DNA from: Ignavibacteriota bacterium
GTDB taxonomy: Bacteria; Bacteroidota; Ignavibacteria; UBA10030
Assembly: GCA_963727825.1 (NCBI GenBank)
Contig: CAVSHO010000009.1
Span: 768,001 to 832,000 of the forward strand
DNA length: 64,000 nt
Reading direction: 5' to 3'
Shown here: one piece after another, positions 28,080 through 39,390 of the stretch
How the letters are laid out: each line of letters opens with the position of its first letter
How positions within the stretch are numbered: position 1 is the stretch's first letter
Notes under the pieces: generated by a model
What the model was told of the DNA's origin: nothing
What the model saw: the letters and a program-made list of their open reading frames with translations, nothing else
Databases searched by the model: none
Program-made: the position numbers and the translations under genes

Positions 28080-30392
28080 ATGGCAAATAAAAAATTTAGT
28101 TCTGAAAAAATGGAGCGATACTTTAACGACCCGGAGTACCGTCATGGAAATATGAAACTCAATAAACGTTATTTCAATCGGAAGAACCTAATTCTTTTCG
28201 GCAGCATTTTTGTTGTTGTAGTATTAGTAACGTGGTACTCCGTATATATTTTAAACGGATTGCCAACGCTCGAACAATTGGAAAATCCAAAACCTGAACT
28301 CGCAACAAAAATTTTTTCTGCCGATGGCGAAGTGCTGGATCAATTTGCGTATAAAAACCGCACGCGCATTACACTCGATAAACTTCCACCAGGATTAATC
28401 AAAGGACTTGTCGCCACAGAGGACAAAGATTTCTACAATCATTGGGGTGTCAATTTGCCCCGTTTTATTCGCCAAATGGTAATCAATGTCGTTACATTTC
28501 GCCAGGCAGGAGCCAGCACTATTACACAGCAGCTTGCGCGGAATCTCTATAAACTTCAGATCAGGCACGAAACAATGTTTGATAAAATTACGCGGAAAAT
28601 CCGCGAGTTTTTCACATCAGTGCAGATCGAACGGCATTTTACAAAAAATGAAATCATGGAGTTTTATTTGAACGTTGCCTACTTCGGCAAGAACGCCTAC
28701 GGCATTGAATCTGCTGCCCAAATATATTTTGGCAAGTCTGCCTCTGAAATGACACCGCCGGAATATACATTGCTTATCGGCATGCTTAAAGGACCAAGTT
28801 ACTACGATCCTTTTTTGCACCCAGATCGTGCTTTCGGACGCCGCGACGTTGTGATTAACCAGATGGTAAAAGAAGGATTATTCACAGAAGAGACAGCGCA
28901 GCAAATGCGCGTTGATTCTTTGGATTTGAAATCGGTCGAATCAGAATTTCGTTCCGGCATTGCACCGCACTTTGTGGAATGGATTCGGCAACAACTTTTG
29001 AAAAAAGCTGAAGCACATGGTTATGACATTTATCGCGACGGCTTGCGTATATATACTTCGCTCGACAGCCGAATGCAGCGATACGCCATCTCGGCTATTG
29101 AAGAACATTTGAAGGATTACCAACAAACATTTGATGCAACATGGAATTGGAATGAACATCCGGAGATTATGAATGATGTCATCAGCAAGGCGATCCGAGA
29201 AAATGAATCGTATGGTAAATCGCGCAACTCCGATATGCGGGACAGCATTCGTAAAGAACTTCGCAACAACCGCACTTTTATCGACTCGGTTTTGAAAGCC
29301 GCACAGACAATCGAAGTCGGCTTTGTTGTTATTGACCCACATAATGGAAAAATTAAAGCAATGGTCGGTGGACGCAATTATCGTGCATTTAAGTATGGAT
29401 TAAACCACGTTACACAGATTCAACGCCAGCCAGGATCTGCATTCAAACCATTCGTCTATACCGTTGCGCTCGATAATGGATATCCGGCCTGTTATGAAGT
29501 GTTGAACCAACCAGTCACTATACCAATGCCTGATGGAACTCGCTGGACACCGGAAAATTTTGAGAGAGACATCGGCGGTAAATACACACTGCGCGAAGCG
29601 TTAAAACACTCTATTAATCTTGTAACTGTTCGTGTTATTTTGGAGATCGCTCCCCCAAAACAAGTTTCAGAGTATGCGCACCGAATGGGTATTACATCAC
29701 CTATACCCGCATACGAGTCTCTTGCGCTTGGTACGGCTGAAGTTTCACCATTGGAATTGACATCGGCATACGGCGTGTATGACAACGAAGGCGTACTTGT
29801 CTCACCTATCGCTATTACTCGTATTGAAGATAATGACGGTAATGTGATTGAAGAAAATTATCCGGAAAAGAAAGAAGTCTTGAGCAAAGAGACTGCATAC
29901 TTAATGACCGACTTGCTTAAGGGTGTAGTGAACAGCGGAACAGGAACGCGAGTGCGGTCTTACTTTACTGGTGCTTGCGCCGGTAAAACTGGAACTACGA
30001 ATGACTATGCCGATGCATGGTTTGTGGGCTATACTCCACAATTAGTTGCCGGGGCGTGGGTTGGTTTCGACGATGCACGCATTCGTTTTACCAATGAAGA
30101 TGGTCAGGGCGGCAGGGCGGCAGCACCGATCTTCGGATTGTTTATGCAGAAAACATATGAAGACCCCGATATCGGATTAACGCAGGAAATTTTTGTTCAA
30201 CCGGAAGGCATCATTACAGACACGATTTGTGTGGATACGAAGAAGAAAGCACGCGAGTGGTGTCCAAACAAGATGACAGAAATCTTCAATGCTAAATATC
30301 CAATTGGATTGTGCGATAAACATACGAGCGCGGATTGGAATCAAGGCAAAGAGGGCGAAGACACTCGAAAGAAAAGCAAAATAAATTGGTAG
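28080..30392 (+). CDS. Penicillin-binding protein 1A family
   Basis: TM anchor, ATEDKDFY and GASTITQQL (transglycosylase), SAFK, SIN and KTG (transpeptidase). Confidence 0.95.
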   Translation: MANKKFSSEKMERYFNDPEYRHGNMKLNKRYFNRKNLILFGSIFVVVVLVTWYSVYILNGLPTLEQLENPKPELATKIFSADGEVLDQFAYKNRTRITLDKLPPGLIKGLVATEDKDFYNHWGVNLPRFIRQMVINVVTFRQAGASTITQQLARNLYKLQIRHETMFDKITRKIREFFTSVQIERHFTKNEIMEFYLNVAYFGKNAYGIESAAQIYFGKSASEMTPPEYTLLIGMLKGPSYYDPFLHPDRAFGRRDVVINQMVKEGLFTEETAQQMRVDSLDLKSVESEFRSGIAPHFVEWIRQQLLKKAEAHGYDIYRDGLRIYTSLDSRMQRYAISAIEEHLKDYQQTFDATWNWNEHPEIMNDVISKAIRENESYGKSRNSDMRDSIRKELRNNRTFIDSVLKAAQTIEVGFVVIDPHNGKIKAMVGGRNYRAFKYGLNHVTQIQRQPGSAFKPFVYTVALDNGYPACYEVLNQPVTIPMPDGTRWTPENFERDIGGKYTLREALKHSINLVTVRVILEIAPPKQVSEYAHRMGITSPIPAYESLALGTAEVSPLELTSAYGVYDNEGVLVSPIAITRIEDNDGNVIEENYPEKKEVLSKETAYLMTDLLKGVVNSGTGTRVRSYFTGACAGKTGTTNDYADAWFVGYTPQLVAGAWVGFDDARIRFTNEDGQGGRAAAPIFGLFMQKTYEDPDIGLTQEIFVQPEGIITDTICVDTKKKAREWCPNKMTEIFNAKYPIGLCDKHTSADWNQGKEGEDTRKKSKINW

Positions 30393-30405
30393 AGAGATAA
30401 TATGT

Positions 30406-31500
30406 TTATTTTTTAAGTACTTCTTTCACCGCTTTTTGAATAAGCGTTAGCGCCACATTATCAACTACTTTCACGTCTCCAATTTTTATTGGCAAAACGA
30501 AACGCAGTTTTGCGCCAATGTGTTTCTTATCGCGTCCTATAGCGCTTACAATGTCGGTAATTTTCAATAAAGAAAGTTTTATTTTCATGGGGACATGACG
30601 AATTAGCGAAACAATGCGCTCGAATGAATCCGCATCTAACAATTTCATTTCTTTAGCAATAAAGCTTTCAGCTATTATTCCGAGCAAAACCGCTTCACCA
30701 TGTTTCATAAGTTTGTAATGCCCGGCAAATTCTAATCCATGGCCAATTGTATGTCCGCAATTAAGAATGATGCGGATGCCAGATTCTTTTTCGTCCTGCG
30801 ATACAATTTCTGCTTTTATTGCCGCACAATGTTCCTGCACATATTTTATTGCTTCAGTATCGAGCCGGATAATTTTTTCCAGATGTGATTCAAGGAATCC
30901 AAACAATTCAGCATCTCGAATGATGCTATACTTCAATACTTCGCCAAGACCGCAGATAACCTCTCGCCGCGGCAATGTTTTGAGATAATCCGTATCCATC
31001 CATACAAACACAGGTTGGTGAAATGCGCCAATCATATTTTTCCCGAGCGGATGATTGACGCCAACCTTTCCGCCGATAGAACTATCCACTTGAGCAAGCA
31101 ATGTCGTCGGCACTTGCACCAATCTAATGCCGCGCTGATAAGTTGCCGCAACAAATCCGGCAAGGTCACCTATTACGCCACCGCCTATTGCAATAACAGT
31201 TGAATTACGCGGAATTCTTTTTTCCAACATTTTAGAGTAAATAGTATTTGCGCGGTGGAGACTTTTCTGCTTTTCTCCTGATGGAACGATAATGGTCGTC
31301 GGTTGAAATTTATAGTGGAAAAGGTTTCGCAAAAGCGGCTGAAGGTGGTACGATGCCACATTTCTATCAGTAACAATAACGATAGAATCAGAAATTCCGT
31401 GTTTACGGCACATTGGTGCGAACGATGAAACCATACCCTGACCTGTATAAATGGGATACGAGTGATCGCCAAGCGCAACATCAATTTGCCTTTGGATCAT
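30406..31500 (-). CDS. aroB: 3-dehydroquinate synthase
   Basis: GGGVIGDLAGF, PTTLLAQVDSSIGGK, GHTIGH and HGEAV motifs. Confidence 0.97.
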   Translation of the reverse strand: MIQRQIDVALGDHSYPIYTGQGMVSSFAPMCRKHGISDSIVIVTDRNVASYHLQPLLRNLFHYKFQPTTIIVPSGEKQKSLHRANTIYSKMLEKRIPRNSTVIAIGGGVIGDLAGFVAATYQRGIRLVQVPTTLLAQVDSSIGGKVGVNHPLGKNMIGAFHQPVFVWMDTDYLKTLPRREVICGLGEVLKYSIIRDAELFGFLESHLEKIIRLDTEAIKYVQEHCAAIKAEIVSQDEKESGIRIILNCGHTIGHGLEFAGHYKLMKHGEAVLLGIIAESFIAKEMKLLDADSFERIVSLIRHVPMKIKLSLLKITDIVSAIGRDKKHIGAKLRFVLPIKIGDVKVVDNVALTLIQKAVKEVLKK

Positions 31501-31504
31501 AAAT

Positions 31505-32074
31505 TCATTCCTTACCAATCATAAAGTGAATGTTTTTCATAATTGTATCCACCGTCGCTCCTATGCGCATATTGTCGGCATTTATTACTACATTGGCGCG
31601 TGCGTAAAATTGTTCGCGGCGGTTCATTAGATCAAATACACGATTTTTTAATTCCGGTGGAGAAAGCTGGTTGCCATGTTCATCCTTTAGCATTGGACGA
31701 TCGCTCCGATGCTGTACACGCTCTATAATTTCTTCCGGTGAGAGTTTGAGATAAACGAGAATTCCTTTTCGGAGTACAAGCTGACAGTTTTCTTCGTTAG
31801 CAATTGTACCACCGCCAAGTGAAATGACACAATGATCACGTTCAGTCAGTTCTAGTAAAGCGTCCCGTTCCAAATCGCGGAATGCCTTTTCTCCTTCCGA
31901 GCTAAATATCTCAGTCACCCGTTTATTGGTTTTTCGTTCAATGTGCTGATCGACATCAAGATATTCAAAACCAAGAGTATTGGCGAGAATAGGACCAATG
32001 GTGCTCTTCCCACTTCCCATAAATCCAGTCAGGAAGATGAGTGATTTTTTATGTTCTTGCTGTAAATCTTTCAT
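31505..32074 (-). CDS. aroK: Shikimate kinase
   Basis: GFMGSGKST, GE..FR.LE, GGG and RP motifs; ATG 32074. Confidence 0.95.
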   Translation of the reverse strand: MKDLQQEHKKSLIFLTGFMGSGKSTIGPILANTLGFEYLDVDQHIERKTNKRVTEIFSSEGEKAFRDLERDALLELTERDHCVISLGGGTIANEENCQLVLRKGILVYLKLSPEEIIERVQHRSDRPMLKDEHGNQLSPPELKNRVFDLMNRREQFYARANVVINADNMRIGATVDTIMKNIHFMIGKE

Positions 32075-32137
32075 GGTTCTTTTTAAAAAAAAGGCGTCCC
32101 GATTTATCGAGACGCCTTTGCTAAACAAGCGTATATT

Positions 32138-34249
32138 TTATCGGAAGTATTTATCTCTATGGTCAACAATGTCTGCCTTTTCGTGCAGCGCTGTCTGCCA
32201 GTCCGCCAAAAAGCGTTGACGTTTTTCCTGCAAGAGTTGTGTGCGTAACGATTCATGCTCCATATTGTACTTTGCAGTATCAATTTCTGTTTTCGACAAC
32301 AACCTTATAATATAGTAACCGAGATTGCCTTCAAATGGCTTCGATAACTCACCGGGTTTCAACGCAAGTGCAGTACCGATAAATTTCAGATCGCGTCCAA
32401 TGACGGTTGGACCATCGATTGGTTTGAATGGACCAGTTATTTGTGCTCTTAAATTCGGATTAGATTGCGCCGCGGCAATTAAGTCACTTGAAGAATTTAG
32501 TTTCTTATAGAATGCATCTACATCAGCGCGAATCTTCTCAAACTTTTTCTCTTTTAGCGCTAAAGCGCGAACTGACCCTTTTACCTCGTCAAGTGGGCGG
32601 ATGCCTTCTTCTCTGATATTCGATACTTTAATTACAATGACGCCATTTCGAACATAAATTGGATCGGCAATTGCTCCAACTTTATTGGTAAATGCAAAAT
32701 TCGTTATCGCATCATTAATACCGATACCAGGTATCGAACCTATTTTTGTAAACTCCGGCGTTTCCCGCACTATAAATTTACTATTCTCAGCGGCTTTCTC
32801 AAATCCTTCATCCTTCGATAAAATACTAAAGTCCTGCGCTTGTTGGAATGCTGCTTCCACTGTTTGCGTGCTTGCCTTTACTTTCATAGTAAGATCAAGA
32901 AGTTTGACTTCACGTTTGTCTTTGCCGGTTACCTTAATGATATGCCAGCCAAATTGTGTGCGCACAGGGCCAACGATATCGCCAACTCGCGCCTTAAATG
33001 CGGCATCGGCAAATGGTTTCACCCAGCGGTCTTTTGACGCCCATCCAAGCTCACCGCCTTGCATTGCAGAACTGTAATCCTGACTATTTTCGCGGGCAAG
33101 TTTTGCAAAATCGCTTCCGGAACGCGCTTGTGCCAGAAGCGTGCGTGCTTTCTGAATCACCTTCACACTATCCGGACCAGTAACAATATTCAGCAGAATG
33201 TGGCTGGATCTGACGAACTCTGTCGTTCCTTGCCGCTGATCAAGAATTTTAAAAATATGAATACCATCATTATCGTTGATTGGTCCGACGATGTCCCCAT
33301 TTTTTGCAGAAAATATTGCATTCTCTTTTTTCTGGCTTAACTCGCCATGCTTGAAAAATGCTTCGCTGGGGGGAACTTCAGAATACGTTTTTACAAGCTC
33401 CGCAAAATCCATAGCGCCGGATTTTGCTTGTTCCAGTAAATTCTTCATTTCCGTTTCTACAGCCGCCGAATCTTCTGAAGAAGCGTTTTGATTGAATAGA
33501 ACATATTTGACTTTCCGTGCAGCTTTTGCCTGGAAATCGGTAGCGTGGGAATCATATTGCTTTTTTATATCATCATCTGTCACGGTAACATCAGACTCGG
33601 GCACGAGCTTATCGATATCAAATAAAACATAAGCTGCATTCATCGTTACGTTGCGATCGATGAAACGCTGCTTCAATTCACCTTCACTCACGTTGACGTT
33701 TGCTAAAAGAAGACTCTGCAGTTTCCGGCGTTTCTGCTCCTGACGAAGCATTTCTTCCACTTGAATCCATGCAGATTTATTTTGCGGATCCATCATTGCC
33801 TGTTGGTATGCATCACGTCGGAATGTTCCTGTGGAATCTGTAAACTGCTTTGCAAGAAACTCCGGCGGATTCTGCGCATTTACAATATCTCGAATTTCTT
33901 GGTCTGTTACCGTAATACCAAGGCGATCAATTTCCTGTTCGATCAGCATTTCATCCACAATCTGGTTCCATACCTGCGAACGAATTTGACGTTCGGTTTC
34001 TTCATCAACGTCACTGTTTTGTTGCTTCTTTTGATTTTCTACTGTCCGCCGCACTAATTCGCTGAATTGCTTATAGTTCACTTCTTTGCCGTTCACCTTG
34101 CCAAGTACTTCACTTGTGCCACCGCCGCGTCCTCTGCGTCCAGTGAGGTCAAGCCCCCAATCGAAAATGATTAAGACTATAAAGATAACTGCCGCACCGG
34201 CAATAATAAATTTTGGAGACTTCTCACGTATGTCATTCAATACGGCCAT
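32138..34249 (-). CDS. PpiD/SurA-like membrane-anchored peptidyl-prolyl isomerase chaperone
   Basis: N-terminal TM, SurA-N region, parvulin motifs SHIL, GGELGW and TQFGWHII; ATG 34249 with GAGGAG SD. Confidence 0.9.
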   Translation of the reverse strand: MAVLNDIREKSPKFIIAGAAVIFIVLIIFDWGLDLTGRRGRGGGTSEVLGKVNGKEVNYKQFSELVRRTVENQKKQQNSDVDEETERQIRSQVWNQIVDEMLIEQEIDRLGITVTDQEIRDIVNAQNPPEFLAKQFTDSTGTFRRDAYQQAMMDPQNKSAWIQVEEMLRQEQKRRKLQSLLLANVNVSEGELKQRFIDRNVTMNAAYVLFDIDKLVPESDVTVTDDDIKKQYDSHATDFQAKAARKVKYVLFNQNASSEDSAAVETEMKNLLEQAKSGAMDFAELVKTYSEVPPSEAFFKHGELSQKKENAIFSAKNGDIVGPINDNDGIHIFKILDQRQGTTEFVRSSHILLNIVTGPDSVKVIQKARTLLAQARSGSDFAKLARENSQDYSSAMQGGELGWASKDRWVKPFADAAFKARVGDIVGPVRTQFGWHIIKVTGKDKREVKLLDLTMKVKASTQTVEAAFQQAQDFSILSKDEGFEKAAENSKFIVRETPEFTKIGSIPGIGINDAITNFAFTNKVGAIADPIYVRNGVIVIKVSNIREEGIRPLDEVKGSVRALALKEKKFEKIRADVDAFYKKLNSSSDLIAAAQSNPNLRAQITGPFKPIDGPTVIGRDLKFIGTALALKPGELSKPFEGNLGYYIIRLLSKTEIDTAKYNMEHESLRTQLLQEKRQRFLADWQTALHEKADIVDHRDKYFR

Positions 34250-34307
34250 GTCAGAACAACTCCTCTTTCTTAATCGAGACTTGAAACTGCATTTTTTTTT
34301 GTTTATG

Positions 34308-34336
34308 AATATAGCCGACATTCGCTTGATATGCAA
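34308..34336 (-). promoter_or_regulatory. Promoter for the PpiD-like gene
   Basis: TTGCAT-17 nt-TATATT. Confidence 0.65.
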
Positions 34337-34347
34337 CGACTTTCTTG

Positions 34348-34376
34348 TTGACTTTGTTGGCATATCAGGTTATATT
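34348..34376 (+). promoter_or_regulatory. Promoter for secDF, back-to-back with the previous promoter
   Basis: TTGACT-17 nt-TATATT. Confidence 0.7.
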
Positions 34377-34489
34377 TTTTAACGAAAATTTATTCGCGAC
34401 TATAGTTTTCATACAAAATGCGAAAGATTTATTGTCGCGCTTTGCTTCTTCATTATTTATCACCAATGTTATAAGTTTGGAGACAATTT

Positions 34490-36379
34490 GTGAGAAATCA
34501 GCTGACCAGAATTATTATCACTCTGTGTTTTGTCGTCCTTGCAGTTTATTTTCTTTGGCCGACAATACAGGATTATAACTATCGTAAACAACTTAGCAAG
34601 CTTGTCGGACAGGACAGTGTTGCGTATGCAGAAAAACACCACGATGATATGCTGGATGCAAAGCTGAGACGTATGAAACTTGGCTTGGATTTACAGGGCG
34701 GAATGCGTGTTGTGTTGGAAGTGAATATCATTCAATTGCTTGATGATCTTGCAAAGAATAAGGATGACAACTTCCGTGCAATTATTAAAGAAGTACAGGG
34801 CGAAACCGTAACAAACGATCTTTCTATTATTTCCATCTATGCTAAAAAATTCCAGGATCGCGGTATAAGAATGAGCCGGTACTATGGCAGCATACGGGAT
34901 GATGACGCCAAAGTGACAAAAATGTTGGAGGACGAATCCGAAAAAGCGGTTGACCGTGCAACAGAAATTGTTAATAACCGTGTAAATCAATACGGTGTTT
35001 CCGAGCCAACGATTCAAAAACAAGGCGGGCGCCGCATTATCGTCGAATTGCCAGGTGTAAAAGATGAAAATGAGGTGCGCCAATTGCTGCAAGGAACGGC
35101 GTTGTTAGAATTCAAAATGTTAAAAGACCCGCAAATTTCTTATAAAGTAATGGAATCCATCGATAAGTTCCTCACCGGCAAATTAGAAACTGACACAATT
35201 GCGTCATCCGGGGCATCGACAGAAAAAAAGAAGGAGACGGCGAAACATAAAGATGCTCTTACGGAATTAACCGGTGGTACGGCGGCGGTTGCTGAAACGG
35301 ATACAACGAAAGAAGCACAGTTTGCACGTGAGCACCCGTTCTTCATGTATGTTAAACCAGAACAGCGCGGCTCAGGTGAAGGGTATGTTGCTGAAAAAGA
35401 TAAAGACCGTGTTGTTCGTTTACTCGGCCGACCGGAAGTTCAACAGATAATGCCGCAAGATTTTGAATTTTTGTTCTCTGCCAAACCTCAAACATTTGCA
35501 AATGGACAGAAGTTTTATCTTTTATATGCTGTTAAGAAAACACCTGAACTTACAGGGGGTGTTGTAACAAATGCCCAGGCAAGTGTGGACCCAGAAGATA
35601 ACCGTCCGGTTGTAAATATGGAAATGAATAGTGAAGGTGCAAGAGATTGGGCGCGCATCACTGGATCTAATATTGGCAAGCGGATAGCAATTATTATGGA
35701 TAAAGGTGTGTTCTCTGCGCCGGTTGTGCAGGGAAAAATCCCCGGCGGCCATTCACGCATTAGCGGAATGGAGTCTCCGAATGAAGCACGCCTATTGGAA
35801 ATTGTGCTTAAGGCAGGTGCATTACCGGCACCAACCTCAATCATAGAACAACGATCAATTGGACCATCGCTTGGCGAAGATTCAATACGTGCTGGCTTGA
35901 CATCGATTTTGATTTCTTTCATTCTTATAGTCCTCTTTATGGTTGTGTATTATCATTCAGCAGGTGCCGTAGCCGACTTCGCTTTGTTCTTCAACATCCT
36001 ATTCATACTTGGTGTTATGGCAAGCTTCGGTGCAACACTTACCCTCCCAGGTATTGCAGGTATTGTGTTAACCATCGGTATGGCTGTAGATGCAAACGTT
36101 CTTGTGGACGAGCGTGTGCGTGAAGAAATGGTGACTGGAAAAACTTTACGTGCCGCAATTGATACTGGATATTCCAGGGCGTTCACTGCCATTTTTGACG
36201 GCCACGTTACTTCATTTCTGACAGGTCTTGTACTATATCAATTTGGTTCAAGCGGAGTGCAGGGATTTGCGCTCACACTAATGATTGGCTTGGTCGCAAA
36301 TCTCTTTAGCGCGATCGTCATCACTCACGTAATTATGAATATTATGATGGATAATGGGTACCATCCAAAATTCGGATAA
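34490..36379 (+). CDS. secD: Protein translocase subunit SecD
   Basis: LGLDLQGG, IIVELPG, GPSLG and GMAVDANV motifs. Confidence 0.97.
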   Translation: MRNQLTRIIITLCFVVLAVYFLWPTIQDYNYRKQLSKLVGQDSVAYAEKHHDDMLDAKLRRMKLGLDLQGGMRVVLEVNIIQLLDDLAKNKDDNFRAIIKEVQGETVTNDLSIISIYAKKFQDRGIRMSRYYGSIRDDDAKVTKMLEDESEKAVDRATEIVNNRVNQYGVSEPTIQKQGGRRIIVELPGVKDENEVRQLLQGTALLEFKMLKDPQISYKVMESIDKFLTGKLETDTIASSGASTEKKKETAKHKDALTELTGGTAAVAETDTTKEAQFAREHPFFMYVKPEQRGSGEGYVAEKDKDRVVRLLGRPEVQQIMPQDFEFLFSAKPQTFANGQKFYLLYAVKKTPELTGGVVTNAQASVDPEDNRPVVNMEMNSEGARDWARITGSNIGKRIAIIMDKGVFSAPVVQGKIPGGHSRISGMESPNEARLLEIVLKAGALPAPTSIIEQRSIGPSLGEDSIRAGLTSILISFILIVLFMVVYYHSAGAVADFALFFNILFILGVMASFGATLTLPGIAGIVLTIGMAVDANVLVDERVREEMVTGKTLRAAIDTGYSRAFTAIFDGHVTSFLTGLVLYQFGSSGVQGFALTLMIGLVANLFSAIVITHVIMNIMMDNGYHPKFG

Positions 36380-36419
36380 TCCGTCATTCCACTAAACATG
36401 TAAATGCGAAGGATTTTCA

Positions 36420-37349
36420 ATGCGACTGTTTAAAAAAACGAATATAGATTTCATCGGAAAACGTTTTTTCTGGTACATCGTTTCAACCATAATGGTATTG
36501 ATTGGGCTTATTTCTATTGTTTTTAAAGGCATTAACTATGGGATTGATTTCCAGGAAGGAACAGAAATGATTGTGGCATTTAGTCCCAGTGTAGATATAG
36601 GAAATGTGCGTATCATACTCGATAAAGTGGGACTCGGTAAAAGCGAAATCAAATCTTACGGAAAAGAATCAACCCTTTTAATTCGAACAAGTGAACAAGG
36701 TGAAGGAACAATCGTCGGCACAAAGATCAGGAATGCATTGACAGATGGATTCCCTGGCAACAACATCCAAGTTCTCCGCGAAGATAAAATAGGGCCAAGG
36801 ATCGGAAAAGAACTCCGAACCAATGCCCTCTTAGCCGTCTTGTGGGCTCTAGGTGCCATTCTTATATATATTGGACTTCGGTTTAAGTTCCGCTATGGCC
36901 TAGGAGCAACGATATCGATTTTCCATGATGTATTGACCACCTTTGGGTTTCTTTCGATCATGAATGGATTGATCCCAGGATTAAATCTCGAGATTACGCA
37001 GGAGGTCATTGCAGCATTTTTGACACTTATCGGTGTCTCGGTCAACGACACAGTCGTTATCTTTGATAGAATTAGAGAAAACGAGAAAATTTTCAAGTCT
37101 ATGCCATTGGGAGATCTGATGAATAAAAGTTTGAACGAAACACTAAGCAGAACTATTATTACATCAGGTACAATTTTTGTCGTTTTGGTGATCTTATTAA
37201 TTTTCGGTGGTGAAGTCAATCGAGGGTTCGCATTTACTATGGCATTTGGTATTGTCACAGGTACCTATTCCTCTATCTATGTAGCAAGTGCATTCGTACT
37301 TGATTGGACTCGATATCAGAATCGCAAGAAAGTAACAGCCGCAGCATAA
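36420..37349 (+). CDS. secF: Protein translocase subunit SecF
   Basis: GIDF, NDTVVIFDRIRE and GTYSSIYVA motifs. Confidence 0.97.
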   Translation: MRLFKKTNIDFIGKRFFWYIVSTIMVLIGLISIVFKGINYGIDFQEGTEMIVAFSPSVDIGNVRIILDKVGLGKSEIKSYGKESTLLIRTSEQGEGTIVGTKIRNALTDGFPGNNIQVLREDKIGPRIGKELRTNALLAVLWALGAILIYIGLRFKFRYGLGATISIFHDVLTTFGFLSIMNGLIPGLNLEITQEVIAAFLTLIGVSVNDTVVIFDRIRENEKIFKSMPLGDLMNKSLNETLSRTIITSGTIFVVLVILLIFGGEVNRGFAFTMAFGIVTGTYSSIYVASAFVLDWTRYQNRKKVTAAA

Positions 37350-37376
37350 TTCTTCCTGTCGGTTGAAAGGGCATCT

Positions 37377-37715
37377 ATGAAATTCAAAACGAAAGAAATC
37401 AAGGGCATCACCGTTGTCGAGCTTGAAGGCAATGTGATGGGCGGTCCGGATGCATCCGACCTAAATGATTTTTTGCACAAACTAATCACCGAAAAAAAGA
37501 GTCGGGTTGTTGTTGATCTTAAAGCAGTTAGTTTTATTAACAGTTCAGGCCTTGGTATGCTTATCGGTGGATTGACAACAATGCGTCATTCGGGAGGTGA
37601 GTTGAAACTCGCGTGCGCTTCCAAGAAAATTGAAAATCTGTTAGAAATGACAAAACTGCTAAAAGTGTTTGATCTTCACAAAAACGTGAACAATGCAATT
37701 GTTGCATTCAAGTAA
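37377..37715 (+). CDS. STAS-domain anti-sigma factor antagonist
   Basis: VDLKAVSFINSSGLGML. Confidence 0.9.
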   Translation: MKFKTKEIKGITVVELEGNVMGGPDASDLNDFLHKLITEKKSRVVVDLKAVSFINSSGLGMLIGGLTTMRHSGGELKLACASKKIENLLEMTKLLKVFDLHKNVNNAIVAFK

Positions 37716-37788
37716 TTACTGGTGTGCAGGTGTAGTAAACATCCGTACAACTTCGTTTTTAACACTTACTTCATCACACTGAATTTCA

Positions 37789-38427
37789 ATGCCATCTCAA
37801 CCACTTTTTGTCGCGGTCGCAGGAAATATCGGCGCCGGAAAATCTTCGCTGGCGCGATTGTTAGGTGAACGCTTTCAATGGAAACCGTACTTCGAATCTG
37901 TGGATGACAATCCTTACCTTTCTGATTTCTATGCCGATATGTCGCGCTGGTCGTTTCATCTTCAAATTTATTTTCTTGCCAATCGATTTAAGTGCCACAA
38001 AGAGATCGTTGAATCAAGCGAGTCGGTAATTCAAGATCGCTCTATCTATGAGGATGCAGAGATATTCGCACGAAATCTATTCGACATCGGTAAAATGACA
38101 GAACGTGATTACATCAATTATGTATCGCTTTTTCATGTGATGATGGAATACCTTAAACCTCCCGACCTGATGATTTACCTTCGAGCAAATGTCGATACGT
38201 TGGTAAAACAGATTTCAAAACGCGGCCGTGATTTTGAACAAGGCATTCAGCGCTCGTATCTTGAGACTCTTAACAAACTGTACGAAGATTGGATTACCCG
38301 CTATAAGCTCGGCCCACTTCTCATTATTGAAAGCGACGACCTCGACTTCGTCAACAATAAAACAGACCTTAACTTTATTCTCACAAGTGTAAAAGATCAT
38401 CTGCCCCAGATGCAATTATTCGAATAA
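37789..38427 (+). CDS. Deoxynucleoside kinase
   Basis: GNIGAGKS, DRSIYED and RGR motifs. Confidence 0.93.
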   Translation: MPSQPLFVAVAGNIGAGKSSLARLLGERFQWKPYFESVDDNPYLSDFYADMSRWSFHLQIYFLANRFKCHKEIVESSESVIQDRSIYEDAEIFARNLFDIGKMTERDYINYVSLFHVMMEYLKPPDLMIYLRANVDTLVKQISKRGRDFEQGIQRSYLETLNKLYEDWITRYKLGPLLIIESDDLDFVNNKTDLNFILTSVKDHLPQMQLFE

Positions 38428-38672
38428 TGGAATATGTAAGTAATAAGCAATTTAGTCTGAAGTAACAAATAGGGTGATGCCAGAGATAGGGCTGCTTTTT
38501 TATACAAAACAAGTATCACAAATTCTTCCCGTCTTCGAAATTGTATTCAAACGCACTTCATCTTGTTTCTCCAGCGAGATTTTTCTACATTTTTTAGCTT
38601 TACTATCTATTTTTAATTTGTATTGGCGGGGTGTACGGTAAGTCATTCTTTGAAAATAAAATATGGCAAAAT

Positions 38673-39293
38673 ATGAAGAAATTAATTGATCTCTCACTTC
38701 CCATTACCAACTTAATGCCGGTATATCCCGGTGATGAATTGCCGCAGCTTCTACAAGTGAACGATATTGTGCGAGATGGATTCAACAACTTTCGTCTTTC
38801 TACCAATATGCACACAGGGACACATATTGATGGTTTAATGCATTTAACGCAATGTAAAAAGTTCATAAGTGAGACTCCATTGAAACAATATGTTGGCGTC
38901 GGATGTGTTTTGAATGCCATCGGCAAAAAATATATCCCACTAACAATAGAATATGAATTACTTGTTCAACCACAAAGCATTGTTTTACTATACACCGGAA
39001 CAAGCAGTTTATTCGGAAGCAAAAAATACTTTGATGATTGTCCAACGGTAAGTAGAGAGCTTGCACAGTTGTTTGTCAAACGGCGGGTGAAGATGGTTTG
39101 TATAGATTCACCGTCGCCAGATCGGCATCCATTTGAAACCCACAAATTACTCTTAGAAAACAACGTGCTTATTGCAGAAAATTTAACAAACATTGACAAG
39201 CTTCTTTCAGCTAAAAATATTGAGATAATCGCTTTGCCGCTGAAAATTCATGCTGACAGTTCACCGGCAAGAATTATTGCACGAATACTGTAA
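38673..39293 (+). CDS. Cyclase family (kynurenine formamidase-like) metal-dependent hydrolase
   Basis: DLS, PVYPGD, HTGTHID and ENL...PLK...SPAR motifs. Confidence 0.88.
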   Translation: MKKLIDLSLPITNLMPVYPGDELPQLLQVNDIVRDGFNNFRLSTNMHTGTHIDGLMHLTQCKKFISETPLKQYVGVGCVLNAIGKKYIPLTIEYELLVQPQSIVLLYTGTSSLFGSKKYFDDCPTVSRELAQLFVKRRVKMVCIDSPSPDRHPFETHKLLLENNVLIAENLTNIDKLLSAKNIEIIALPLKIHADSSPARIIARIL

Positions 39294-39390
39294 TGAGCAT
39301 ACAAATATAACTTTAAACAACTCCTCCACGAACTTATTTATGTGTAAAAGCGACATGTTTGTAAAAGAAATTTGATTGAGGACAAATATT